Source of the DNA: Octopus sinensis
Taxonomy: Eukaryota
Direction: 5' to 3'
NCBI RefSeq assembly: GCF_006345805.1
Contig: NC_043014.1
Coordinates: forward strand, 51,460,001-51,524,000
DNA: 64,000 nt
Under the pieces are notes generated by a model. That model searched no databases and was not told where the DNA came from. It saw only the letters and a program-made list of their open reading frames with translations. Below, one piece after another: positions 39,476-52,254 of this stretch; positions within the stretch are counted from its first letter, which is position 1, and each line of letters opens with the position of its first letter. The position numbers were made by a program, and so were the translations under genes.

Positions 39476-40164
39476 ATGCTGCTGTAAATGTCTGCCAAAT
39501 AAATACCCCGATAGTCACCAGACGTTATCAATTTTTCTGGGATATTCATCACTCTAGCATCTCAGTTGTTTTATCGATTCCATCGATCGAAACGAATGAG
39601 AGAATGAATGATATGAGTGAGTGAATAAGCAGTATGAATGAATGAATGGTTAAGAGATCAAATGTATATTCCTTGTTATATGACAATTTCAATGCAACGT
39701 CCATGAAGCGATTCGCAGAGAATGCCCGCTTCGAAAAGGCTAAGCTCTGACATTCATTTGAATTACGCTTTCAAGAGATCACTTCAGATAAAATGCCAGC
39801 TAACAGTTGCCATGCAGATCTTTCGGAAACATTAACAAATATATTCAAAGGCTGTAATTATAATGCTATTCCAGGTTTATGAGCAAAGCTAGCCATAATT
39901 TCTACAGGGGTGGAGAAGAGAAGAGGAGAGTGGAACGATATGAAGTGGAGTGGGATGTAGTTCTTATTTCGTATTTCACTAGTTTTTCGTTTATTTAAAC
40001 TTTAAATAAGAGAATTTCTCTAATAGCTTAAATCTGCATGTGTGGCTAATGCATACAATTATATACATGTACATATTCGTGTACAAGTAAACATACATAG
40101 GCATATATGAGCCACTATATATACATACATACATAGAATATGTGTTTATAGAAATGTATGCGTG

Positions 40165-40195
<31 letters not shown>

Positions 40196-40304
40196 GTATA
40201 TATGTGTATATGTATATGTATATATGTATATGTGTATATGTATATATATATGTGTATATGTATGTATGTATAGATGTACGTATATGTATATATATATATA
40301 TACG

Positions 40305-40353
<49 letters not shown>

Positions 40354-42036
40354 ATGTGTTCATAGAAATGTATGCGTGTATATGTATGCGTGTATATATA
40401 TATGCCTGTTTGTGTGTGTAATTTCATCTGATGTGTCTGTATGCATGGAATGGAAGCGTGTGAGGCCATGCATGTATTTACGGCGTGCTTCCTGAAAATA
40501 TTGACATTTGTAGTTTAGACAACGAATGCAATCTGAAGTGCTTTTCAGCTGCTGTTGATATGTTAAACATGTACAAGCGTACATACGATCATGTGTGTGT
40601 ATAGATGGATGTGAGTATACATTTGTGCGTATTTATATATATGTGTACTTTTGTGTGCATGTGTATACATATGTATATATATATATATATATATACACGC
40701 ACACATTCGTTCATAATTGTTGATGGTAATGTAAAATAAACCATCAACTCGTGGAATGATGTCATTAGCCAGTCTAATCCAGCGTTTCGACGAGCATCGC
40801 TAATCAAAATGAGCGATAGTTTATCGCCGCAGCAATCATATTTAAAATAGGAAACACACAGGCACACACCCACACACACACACACACACACACCACACAC
40901 ACACACACACACACGTACAAAGACACACACACTGAGTTTGATCTATTTCAAGAGGTTCATCTCTATTTGATTTCCAATTAAAAATGTTATTTCCTATCTT
41001 TTTTTTTTTTGGCTACGGAACAACTCTTGTATTCGTTGCTTGATAACGTCAACATATGACAGGAGAATTGGTTGGAAAAAGACACACACTTCACCAAAAA
41101 AGAAAAAAAAAATGACAATAAAGAAGGGAAAAAAAACCAGCAAAAAAAAGTTCAATGGACTGTGGGATATAAGGAAGTAAGAAAAGAGAAAGGATACATT
41201 TATTTGTAAGTCTGTGTGATATGGAGATGATGAAGAGAGAAGCTGCGAAAGAGAGGGAAAAAAGAGATAGACAAAATTGTAACAGATGGACTGAGAGAGG
41301 AGGAGTTAGGTAAAGAGGGTGGGGGTGAGAATGAAAATGTGAGCAAACACCAAAGGCAAATGGATTTTTAATTTCATGCATTAGAGATTAGCAGTTTATG
41401 CCCAAATCATTAAATGGACTATTATCAACACGATGAGTTGTGTGTGTGTGTGGTTGTGTATGTGTGCGCATATATGATGGTAGATATGTGTTAGAGTTTG
41501 TGTGTGTGTGGTTCCATTAATATTTATATAATTGCTGTTTATTTAGTGAAATATTAAAACCAAATTAAACAGTCCATGATAATGAATACAATGTGGAGAT
41601 TAAAGTTTAAAAAATTTATATAGTCTAACCATTCCTGTGCATTCATATACACCGTACACACACACACACACACATGCAAACACCCACTTACACACACACG
41701 AAATACTTTGATGAAGATATGTGTTTCATGTATATATATATGTGTGTGTGTGTGTGTGTATATATAGAGAGGGAGAGACACACACACGCACATTATATCA
41801 AGGGCTGTTAATGTCCGTAAAAAACCCACGCTTTCATAGGACTCAAAAGCGTGTGATTTTTACGGACAGTAACGGCCCTTGATATTGTAATGTATCTTAT
41901 AGATAAAGGACAAAATTAGATACTTTGTATTAATGTTTTTCCTTAATTGCTTTTACACGCTGGCAACTCGATATAATCGTATAGAGATTTTATATTTTAT
42001 TTACAAATATACATGCATTCATACATACATACATGT

Positions 42037-42221
42037 CATGATAGATCGGTAGCCACTGCGCACTTTTTTTTCTGTTCTTGTTTTTTCTGTATCCCTTTCT
42101 GTAAAAGAGCGTAGGCTCGAAACGTAAAAGACTCTTTCCATTCCTGAGCGTTATACTAATACATCTGTTTGTTTTGTACACCACCTGTCTTCGTCTTTTG
42201 TTTTTTTTTTGTAAACTCTCC
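42037..42221 (+). mobile_element. PLE terminal-repeat-like unit (family D)
   Basis: ctttctgtaaaagagcgtaggctcgaaacgtaaaag at 42095-42130, followed by cctgagcgttatactaatac. Confidence 0.8.
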
Positions 42222-42240
42222 AGCCATATATATATATACA

Positions 42241-42468
42241 TACAATCATCCTTCGACTACCGTGAATGATACGATCCAAAACTGCCGGGTGAGGTGAACA
42301 TCCGGCAAGTAGAAACACTAATGTATCGCATATTTTCTGTTTTTAATTATTTTTATAATTTGTGTATATTTATTTTATTAGAAATGCAAGACAACACCAC
42401 GGAGGAATGGGTGTAAGCTTTAATAAACTGCAACCGGAGAAAATGCCATATGACGAGGGGTTACTGTA
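42241..42468. mobile_element. pogo/Tigger-type MITE
   Basis: TA at both ends and imperfect TIRs tacaatcatccttcg / cgaggggttactgta (11/15). Confidence 0.55.
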
Positions 42469-44340
42469 TATATATATATGAACTTTTTCTCCGGCCATTT
42501 CTCCCTCTTTTTCCAGACGCGCACCTTAAAGCATTATGTGAGATAACTGAACTATGCTAAAGATGCATCCCGAATTCAGCCCTTAAGTTATTTGTTCTGC
42601 AGTGAGTAACAGTCACTCCCTTAATAACTACTTACTAAGCGAAGCATATTTATCCATTTCTGTCCAAGTGCAATAATAAACATTTTAGTTTTTTTTTTTA
42701 AACTATAGTATCAACTGTGAATAAGTATGAAATATCAATGAATGATACACGTGGGAAATGCAAAACATAAAAGCAAAACATTTTCAAAACAATCAATATT
42801 TTTGTAGTTCAAAAATTGTGATTTATGACATAAAATGTTTTTCAAGAATTAGTCAGAGCTAATAATGACAAACTTTAACTAGTAAATATTGTTAAAATCA
42901 CCTCGGCAAATGCAATGTAAATAAGCAATTCACTTTAAATACAACGAACAACCGGCACTGAGACTGCCTTTAGCAGATCTCTAAATGGGGCTCATGGCAA
43001 ACAATGGGTGAAAGTAGAGAGCGCGCAAAATTCTTAGCATGTTTGGGAAAATACTTTGCGACATTTCGTCCCCTCTTATGTTCTGAGTTCAAATTCCGAC
43101 GGGATCGATTTCGAATTTCATCATTTAGGGGTCGATAAAATATGTATCAGTCAAACTCTGCGGAATGACTAACCTACTACGCCTAAGATTTCAGGCCTTG
43201 CGTCTATAATAGAGGCGTGTTACAATTCATTAATTAATCGCACGAGTTATTTTATATTGAAATCATGCAGTGAGTTGGCAGAATTGTTAAGAATCCGGAC
43301 AAAATGTTTTTTATTGCATTTCTTCCGGCCCTTCACTTAATGAGTTCAAATTCCGCCGTTGTCAGCCTGGTTTTTCAACTCCTGACGTTCGACAAAATTA
43401 ATGCTGTTCACTCACTAGAATCGATGTAATCGAATCGCCCCCTCACCAGACATTTGCCAAAATTAAACGAACATTTTTGATCATACATTTCATCACTGGA
43501 CTGCAGCCATGCTGGAGCTCTCTGTAAATGAAATGAGATAACAACATTAAGACAGATTCTGTCCTCGCTATTACTAATAGTCATTCTACTGAAACGAATA
43601 GAATGCGTATACACTGATGTATACAATATGCATATGATTACGCGTGTGTATGTGTGTATTTATGTATGCACATTTAATCGTGTATATGTAAATGCTTTTG
43701 CGAGTTGATGACTGAGATATCGCATTGCGATACAGCAACCAGCGTTGCTTAAAGCCGACGGTCTGTCGCTGTAATTAAGTGTCCTATTTCATGCTTCCAG
43801 CAGCAGTCTGTTTGTGTATGGTATAACAACGAACAAAAGCAAAGAAAAGAATGAAAATATTGAAAAAAAAAAAAGCAAGAAAAACAGCAGTAATGATAAT
43901 ATACAGTACATGTCGAAATGTGAGAGGAGAGTAGCGGAAGAGCGAACACAGAAACGGCGGCAAATATACGATGGAAATATGAGCAAATCTGCAAATGAGA
44001 TTTTTCTTCAGATTCCAGTCATCATTGGCATGGTTCAGCATCCAATCTTTCGTAGCTTAAAGAGAAAAAAAACTCTCAGAAGCTGAGAGACAAGTTATGG
44101 TCTGGGTTGGTAAAATATGTACCCGCTGGTACAATGTCAACTTATTTAAGATAAACATACCGACATGACTTCCTGATGGCGTGCCACATTCTATTCTTAT
44201 AACCTTAATATTTTAAGCAGAGCGAGGGGTTTTTTTGGGTTTTATTGACACATGACACTTCTTGAAGTAGTTACTGTAACTGTAAACCTCTCCGTCTGTG
44301 TACATCTATATGAATAATTATGTACTTACACATATATCTG

Positions 44341-44567
44341 TCTCTTTTTTACTCTTTTACTTGTTTCAGTCATTTGACTGCGGCCATGCTGGAGCACCGC
44401 CTTTAGTCGAGCAAATCGACCCTGGGACTTATTCTTTTGTAAGCCCAGTACTTATTCTATCGGTCTCTTTTGCCGAACCGCTAAGTGACGGGGACGTAAA
44501 CACACCAGCATCGGTTGTCAAGCAATGCTAGGGGGACAAACACAGACACACAAACACACACACACAT

Positions 44568-44633
<66 letters not shown>

Positions 44634-44766
44634 GACAGGCATCTTTCAGTTTCCGTCTACCAAATCCACTCACAAGGCATTGGTCGGCCGGGGCTGTAGC
44701 AGAAGACACTCGCCCAAGATGCCACGCAGTGGGACTGAACCCGGAACCACTCAGCCACTCCTGCGC
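44341..44766 (-). mobile_element. SINE family S1, full length with a ~30-bp head deletion
   Basis: Near-identical to 6844-7266; the deletion joins two acca microhomologies. Confidence 0.9.
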
Positions 44767-46059
44767 ATATTCTTCTCTGAAAACTTTCTCTAATTCACCG
44801 ATACACACACATTCTAACGTTATTCTAATGATACTTTGGATTGGAAGTTGTACTTAGCGTACATGCAACTCTGGAATACTCTACCATTAACACATTCATG
44901 TGACGAATGTGAATCCAGATGAAGGAAATAAGCACAGCGCTTCGTTAAAGACAACGGGTAAATCACCGCCATAATTGCGATACGTTTAAAAGAAAACGAA
45001 TTATGCACAATTATATGTATTTTCTATTGAACTATTTTAATTACTTCCCTGTTACAATTAGTTACGTCTAAGACCAATCTTTATACACAATTTGTTAGCG
45101 TATCTAAGGCAATGGGGCGGCAGAATCAGAAACTAGCTTAGCGGAATTTTGCCCTTCTTAGCGTTTTAAGTTAAATTTCCTCTGATGTTGACTGCATTTC
45201 ATCCTTTCAAGGTCGTTGAAAGAAGTGCAACTGAGAACTTGGGACGACTAGCGCCCCCACTTCACGATTTCAGGCGTTGTACTATCACAGAAAGTATTAC
45301 TAAGGAGGTGAATTGGAAGAGTTTTTAGCACGCCGGGCAAACTTCTTTCGAACATGACTGGACGCTGGAAACATATTATTTATATTAAAAGTAAATTTCC
45401 TCAACTTTAACGAGACGTGTCTCTAATATCTAGCAGGTCAATCATAAACGTAGATTACCTACATCGACAAATTTGATATGGGGAAATGAAGCTTATAAAA
45501 TATGAGCACGATCCTGATATACAGCCGTATGTCTGTAATGCATCTGAATTCAAGAGGGAAACACTGTATCATTTCAATATATTTCTATTTGCCAGGGATA
45601 TTTCGATCAATTCGCCCATCAATCTGCTGACTTATTTAGTTTCTCGAGAAGAGGAAGAGAATTTGCTGGGGAAATGACTGCAAGAAGAAAATTGATCCGA
45701 ACGAGCGCTCTATAGTCGCCTCTTCTCAAGGGCCAAATGGTTATTTCAGAACCTGTGATCACAAGAAAAATTATCCACTCGATCACTTTATTTTATCCGA
45801 GGAGGCATTGATAAGATGTTTTGAACAAATGCTTTGAAATAGCTTCGCCAATGCCTCACGCAGTAGCATTAAATACGGACACTATGTTGATGCGATGGTA
45901 TCATTAATCACATAAACATGGCTGCGCATTTCGTTTGAGGGGCGTTTAGCTGCTATTTCAAGGTTGTAGAGACTCGCTTCATGATTCAGTCAAAATCAAC
46001 ACCATGCATTGGAATAATAATGATAATAATGATAATTAAAATTATTATTATTATAAATT

Positions 46060-46258
46060 TTTGCCACAAGAACAGCTTAGGGGGGTGGGTGGGGATGAGT
46101 GGATTACATCGACCTCAGTGCTTAACTGGAACTTATTTTGATCGATCATGAAAGGCGAAGTCGACCACGGCGGAATTTGAACTCAGAACGTAGCGACAAG
46201 CAGAATACCACTAATCATTTCGTCCAGCGTCCTAACGGTTATGCCAGCTCATCGCCTT
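46060..46258 (-). mobile_element. SINE family S2, tail type 2, between (AAT)/(ATT) tracts
   Basis: gaaaggcgaagtcgaccacggcggaatttgaactcagaacgtagcg...gccagctcatcgcctt. Confidence 0.75.
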
Positions 46259-47017
46259 AATAATAATAATAATAATGATAAGACACGAACTAAATTACAA
46301 TATTTCTGAATAATGTATAAGAAAAAAGAAAGAAAAAAAGAAAGAAAGAGATTTTTGATAACTGACAGAAATACGTCAGCTAACAGCTGAATATCATTGG
46401 GGAACAGGAAATTAAACTTTTATATCAATGCTTACTTCCGTACTTAAAATTGATAATTAAAAAAATAAATAAATAAAAAACAGAAAACAAAAACGGCAAA
46501 ACTATTATTATTATTGTGTTCGGACTTGTTGTAATGAGAAATTCATATGAAATTGTTTACGTATACGATAATTATTATACTGTTATGGTAATTTTGGTAA
46601 AGCTCTCGAGAATAAAATACCATGGAGAAAATCGGATGATTTCTATTTTAATTGAAGTTCTTGACATCGCACGGAAACAACTTGTTGCACTGAATCTGAC
46701 AATTATGACGATGACAGCAGTACGGCTGTTATTGGTGTGTTTTCGTTTGCAACTTGTTATCTCAAAACACAGAGACAGACAGACAGACACACACACACAC
46801 ACACACAAACATACTCACACACACAAGGAAAATTATACACGCGCTAATATCGAATAGTGAGAGTGTCCGCTCAACACTTTATAGGTGGATAAATGTTCTT
46901 TCTTTGTGTGTTAAGGAGGCTACCATAGGTCTCATGCTGAAAGATATCACACGGAACATTGGTACTCGTCCCCATCTTGGATGAGAATATCTATAGAAAT
47001 ACACACACACGCACACA

Positions 47018-47242
47018 TACATGGAGTGGAGGCTGAAAAGTTCCTGGTTTAGGGTAAAAGCAAATACAGGGAGATAAGGAGGATCAATTACGATTTTATT
47101 CCACATATCCCCTTCTCAAATTCAGATGTATTTCAGCAGTTTTTCAAACTTTCTAAGCCCCTTAAGAGAACTCGGAACGTCGGTACCCCAGCCAGGCCTT
47201 TCGCGACACCCTTAAAGCCAGGAACTTTTTATCACCCCCTTA
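47018..47242 (+). mobile_element. Mariner-type MITE (decayed)
   Basis: TIR-like gctgaaaagttcctgg / ccaggaacttttt. Homologous in reverse orientation to 48959-49173. Confidence 0.65.
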
Positions 47243-47266
47243 AGTGTGTGTGCATAATGACTGCGT

Positions 47267-47267
47267 G

Positions 47268-47356
<89 letters not shown>

Positions 47357-47505
47357 GTCTGTCTGTTGTCTGTCTGTCTGTCTGTCTGTCTATTAATCTA
47401 TCTATCTATAAATCTCTATCTGTCTGTCTGTCTATTAATCTATCTATCTATAAATCTCTATCTGTCTGTCTGTCTATAATCTATCTATCTATCTATCTAT
47501 CTATC

Positions 47506-47603
<98 letters not shown>

Positions 47604-47689
47604 TAATCTATCTATCTATAAATCTCTATCTGTCTGTCTGTCTATTAATCTATCTATCTATAAATCTCTATCTGTCTGTCTGTCTATTA

Positions 47690-47739
<50 letters not shown>

Positions 47740-47740
47740 A
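47267..47740. repeat. (CTAT)n/(CTGT)n array with a higher-order unit ctgtctgtctattaatctatctatctataaatctctat
   Basis: The higher-order unit occurs twice in each of two blocks (~47380-47460 and ~47590-47670). Confidence 0.9.
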
Positions 47741-47741
47741 T

Positions 47742-47928
47742 AGTCGCCATGATAGATCGTTTGCCACTACAGGCATTTTTTTCTCCCCTTGTTTTTTCTG
47801 TGTCCCTTTCTGTAGAAGAGCGTAGGCTCGAAACGTAAAATACTTTTTTCTATTCCTGAGCGTTATACTAATACATCTGTTTTGTTCACCACCTGTCTTC
47901 GTCTTTTGTTTTTTTCGTAAACTCTCCC
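47742..47928 (+). mobile_element. PLE terminal-repeat-like unit (family D)
   Basis: UUU-CUGUAGA-A-GAGC-GUAG-GCUC-GAAAC-GUA-AAA at 47807-47840. Confidence 0.8.
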
Positions 47929-48002
47929 TATACACACACACACACACACACACATGACAGTACAAAACCCTTAATCATGATTTCACACGTGATCGCATGC
48001 AC

Positions 48003-48045
<43 letters not shown>

Positions 48046-48159
48046 TACGTACCACACTTAGACGAAGAAGCTACTGACGATGCTACCTGTTTCAGAGATA
48101 AAATGTGTTTTACGACTATGTACAACTATGTTTACCTCCAGCTTAACTCCCACTTAGCT

Positions 48160-48340
48160 GGCGATTATCCCTTGGTTTCCAACACCTTTTCATTGACTAT
48201 CTTCCTCAGTCACCTTCTGCTTCTCCCTCGCTCTCCTGACGTCGGACTAACGTCCGAAACGTCCGATGCTATTTTTACGTACTTATGTGTGTCTTTGCGT
48301 GGGTGTGCTTACTTTTTTGCTTGTTTGTTCCCCACTACCT
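48160..48340 (+). mobile_element. PLE terminal-repeat-like fragment (family E)
   Basis: ctgacgtcggactaacgtccgaaacgtc at 48236-48263 (stem GGAC/GUCC, GAAAC-GUC). The upstream tggcgatt and pyrimidine tract resemble family C. Confidence 0.5.
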
Positions 48341-48958
48341 CTTGGCAACCGGTTTCAGTGTGTTTACGTCCCCTTAACATAGCGGACCGGCAAAAGAGAA
48401 TGATAGAATAAGTACGATAAAACAGAAGAAGCATAAAAATGATTCCTGGGGTCGATTCATTCGGCTAAAATTTCTTCAAGACTGTGCCCCAGCATGGCCT
48501 TAGTAAATAAGTAAACGATAAAGGACATATATTTATAGATATATAACTTTACATATTAATATTCCACCGCAAGCATTCGAGAGCAATAAGAGTTTATTAA
48601 CTTTCAACCGGATGCTAAGAATCACAAAATCCTTTCAAGACATAAATAATTATCAGCAATATTAATTAATATTATTTTCCGAGGGATGCAATTAGTCTCC
48701 AAATTAACGTGGGAGAAACTGTAGATTATGTAATACACTGCTTCATGTGTGCAATTATAACTTGTCGCGTCTGTTTTTACCAAAATTGGATGCAGTAGCA
48801 CTCGGATCTAACCCATATCTTTTAGATTCTAACGTAGTCCCTTTCTTCGGACATGACTCATTTGAGAAAAGTATTTTACAAGCAAAAGACTAAAACTACA
48901 CCCAGGTTCCAGATCCTTAGTGCCCGAAAATCTGGACAGTTGGTGTTATACCTGTTTA

Positions 48959-49173
48959 TACGAGGATGTGCCGAATAGGTCCTGGTTTGAAGGGTATCAC
49001 GAAAGGATTGATTGGGGGCCCAAACGTCCGAGTTCTCTTACAGGGCTTAGAAAAAAAAACTTATGGATCCCTACGTGAAACTGAGAGGGGAATATGTTGC
49101 AAAAATCATAATTAACCGAATCTCCTGTATTTTCTTTTACCTGGACCCAGAAATTTTTCAGCACGCTCACGTA
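48959..49173 (-). mobile_element. Mariner-type MITE (decayed)
   Basis: tacgaggatgtgccgaataggtcctgg ... ccagaaatttttcagcacgctcacgta with TA ends; shares taagagaactcgga with the 47018 copy. Confidence 0.7.
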
Positions 49174-49532
49174 TATATAACCTCTTCTCTCCTTGAACTA
49201 CATTCTAAGAAATAAAGAAATTAATACGATACATAACTTTGTGGCCAACAGACTTCGGCAAAATAGTAGCCGAATAAATGCATATATGAGTAAACAAATA
49301 AATAAATGTCTTGTTTTGGTCCCACCGAGGGTAAAACAAATTCGTTTCCATTGCCAAAATAAAATGGACAACATCAGAGAAGAAAACGTTTATCGTTTCA
49401 ATCAAAGAGAGTGGATAGACTCTTTTTCTGTCTTCCACGTATTCTCTCAAATACAAACACTCACACACACACACACACACACACACACTCGCGCATACAC
49501 TCGCGCATACACTCGCACGCACACATGGGTGT

Positions 49533-49579
<47 letters not shown>

Positions 49580-49737
49580 GCATGTGCGTATTTTGTGCAT
49601 CATCCTCTGTGTAAATATAAGTGTGTATGCATACATAAAGATATACATACAAACACACACACACACACATATATCTATATATTTATATATATATATATAC
49701 ATACACACACATTTATGTGTGCTGATATGTATATCTG

Positions 49738-49782
<45 letters not shown>

Positions 49783-49828
49783 CATATATATATATATATA
49801 TACATGCGTGTGTATGTATGTATGTATG

Positions 49829-49870
<42 letters not shown>

Positions 49871-49881
49871 ACACACTTGTG

Positions 49882-49920
<39 letters not shown>

Positions 49921-50634
49921 TCAAAGCAGTGATTAATTCTGAGCTCATGCAACACGTCGTGTGTTTAAATCACCGAACTGTAATAATTTCCTTTGTTTTT
50001 TTCTTTCTTCTTCTTTCTTCTTCTTCTTCTTCTTCTTTTCTTCGTCTTGAAGTGCATATGTATGCGTAATAGCTGTATCTGATTCGAGTGTTCGTTGTTG
50101 TTGTTGTTGTTGTTGATGGCGGTGGTGGGGTGTGTAGAAGTGTTTGACAATTCCATCTGCAAAGGCTTTAAAAGCATTGCCAAGTTTCGACAGTAAAAGT
50201 AAAAGTTGGTTCTTATTGATTTATTTTCAACGTTTTTCAATACAAAGGAGATATAAATCAGACCAAAATTTACTACTTCCAATTGATGGCAAAACACGGT
50301 AACGTTTTACAGCCATGGGGGAAAAACAACGGAGATATTTGTGTCTCCAGCTGTCTTAAGTTTAAGCTTAAGTTATTGTCAGGTCATGATGACAATGAAA
50401 GGGTTTCACTATCAGAAATGTGATTAATATTATCATTGTTTCTTTTTTTTTTTTTTTGGTATTTCTTAGGATGGTTCGTATAACCTGGTCACTTTTCTCT
50501 CCAATAGCTGACTACAACTGCTAGCTTTAGATATCAAGTTACTTTCTTGTTCACTTTTCGATTCATATTAGTCAATCTACTATTCTAGATCTCTTCGTAA
50601 TGCGTCAGCAGTTGCCAATAAGCATGCTGTATAC

Positions 50635-50666
<32 letters not shown>

Positions 50667-50700
50667 TATTATTATTATTATTATCATTATTATTATTATT

Positions 50701-50934
50701 ACATGTTTGACTTTTGCTTTACATTTGTACAAGTTGGCTCCAAGTCTCACCCAGAGACCTCAAGAGACAACAAGTTGGAAGTTCTTGTTCGTGTTATGCC
50801 TAAGGTGCCATATATTTAGTTTTGTATTTAGTGTTGTACTAGTGAATGTCTTAAAAATACCATCCGAAAATTGTTTGTTTTAAAACTTGAGATTACATAG
50901 AAAGTATTTTGCGTAGGATATGAGCAGTTCCCAA
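50701..50934 (-). mobile_element. 3' end of an R4/Dong-like (RLE-endonuclease) non-LTR retrotransposon
   Basis: Minus-strand LGTAHILRKILSM* (50893-50934), then a 3' UTR, then an (AAT)n tail (50633-50700). (AAT)n is also present at the truncated 5' end. Confidence 0.7.
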
Positions 50935-50947
50935 TATTATTATTATT

Positions 50948-51165
50948 GAGTTAGAGAGCAGTGCCTGCCATCAAAGTGACACTGGGGTAAAACGAATCCC
51001 AGTATACCCATCATCACTACCCGTCTGATAAGATTATACCAGGCACAACCATCACAACCATATGTGCGTGACATGGTGATCTCATATCACGATAAACAGC
51101 GCATGACCTTGCAGGTGGGGCCCAGTTAGAATTCTCTTCAGGTCGAGTAGCCCATCCCACTCAAA
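50948..51165 (-). mobile_element. Fragment of an (AAT)n-bounded interspersed element
   Basis: 51117-51165 matches the reverse complement of 59222-59270 (about 44/49). Confidence 0.6.
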
Positions 51166-52254
51166 CACATGCATATAAAACACACACCCACACATTTTTA
51201 TAAATATACACACACGACGAGCTTCTTTCAGTTTCCGTCTACCAAATCCACTCAAAGTTCTGGCCGTTCTGGGGCCATAGTAGAAGATACTTGCTCATGA
51301 AGCCAATACGTGGCACCTTCAGCAAGTTTCTTCTACGATAAGGCTGGAAAGCAAATACTAAGGTGCTACTATAAAGTTGGCAAGCAAACTGCTTACCACA
51401 AAGTGTGCAAGACAATTCCTACATCACCAACGCTAATGAGTAAACAATAAAACACATTTTATGTAACTTTTCATTCGACTACAATTTGTAGGAAATCGTA
51501 TATCGGAAAATATTTTGGTTGACCTGTATCAAATATATTGGATTTTCAAGTGTAAGTCACTAATTAATTAAAAAACGTTTGTATTGAACTGAAATTGATG
51601 CGAATGTATAGGATTATTTTGTTTAATCCTGGATTAGGTTTGGCATGAAAAAGCTAAATGATACGACATCTTTGTGAGAAAATGAGATGAATCTTTCATC
51701 GATTAATCTCCAGATTGACAGGAAACTAGTTGAGATAACCACCCCCTGCATATCTGTCGACGGAAAGATACACAATAGTATTCATATTTGATTAATATTA
51801 CAATGAGACAAAACTATTGAAAAGGTTGCAAGACGCAACGAAAATTTTAGGACAATAAAAATAGGAAAAAATGGAAATTTTACCGGTGAGTGTTTCATAA
51901 TAAGGTACGAAAAGAAAATGACGCTCCCCAGACATAACAGAATATTCTTCAACACACGAATTCATATAAAGAATCTTGCAAACCAAATCCAAAAACGAAA
52001 TATAAAAAGAAGCTATTTTTATACTTGTATTAACATTTTCGAAATTTCTAATATATGCTGTGTTGTGCACAAAAGTAATCCTTCATGTTTTATCTTCTGG
52101 GTAGCAAGGCCCAAAATAGCGTGGGGTCCCTCTTCGATTCCAAGTCTAAAAAGATGAAATAAACACGCGGATCAAATTAAGAATTACTTGATTTCTATTT
52201 GCATTATATATCACTCTATTATTGTATCAGTTAAACTATCAGGTCGTATTATAT

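Noticed and set aside
38989-39552. 187-aa poly-Ser ORF with overlapping poly-Val and poly-Leu ORFs (also 61159-61629)
   Set aside because: Trinucleotide repeat open in several frames on both strands, with no splice or homology support.
43970-44055. Minus-strand exon candidate TKDWMLNHANDDWNLKKNLICRFAHISI
   Set aside because: The acceptor is good but the donor is weak and I recognise no homology. It cannot be distinguished from chance.
45640-45835. 63-codon open frame after a TAG acceptor (FLEKRKRICWGNDC...)
   Set aside because: No donor, no recognisable domain, and the length is reachable by chance.
47248-47838. 196-aa (IYLS)n ORF (also 18668-19009)
   Set aside because: (CTAT)n repeat translation.
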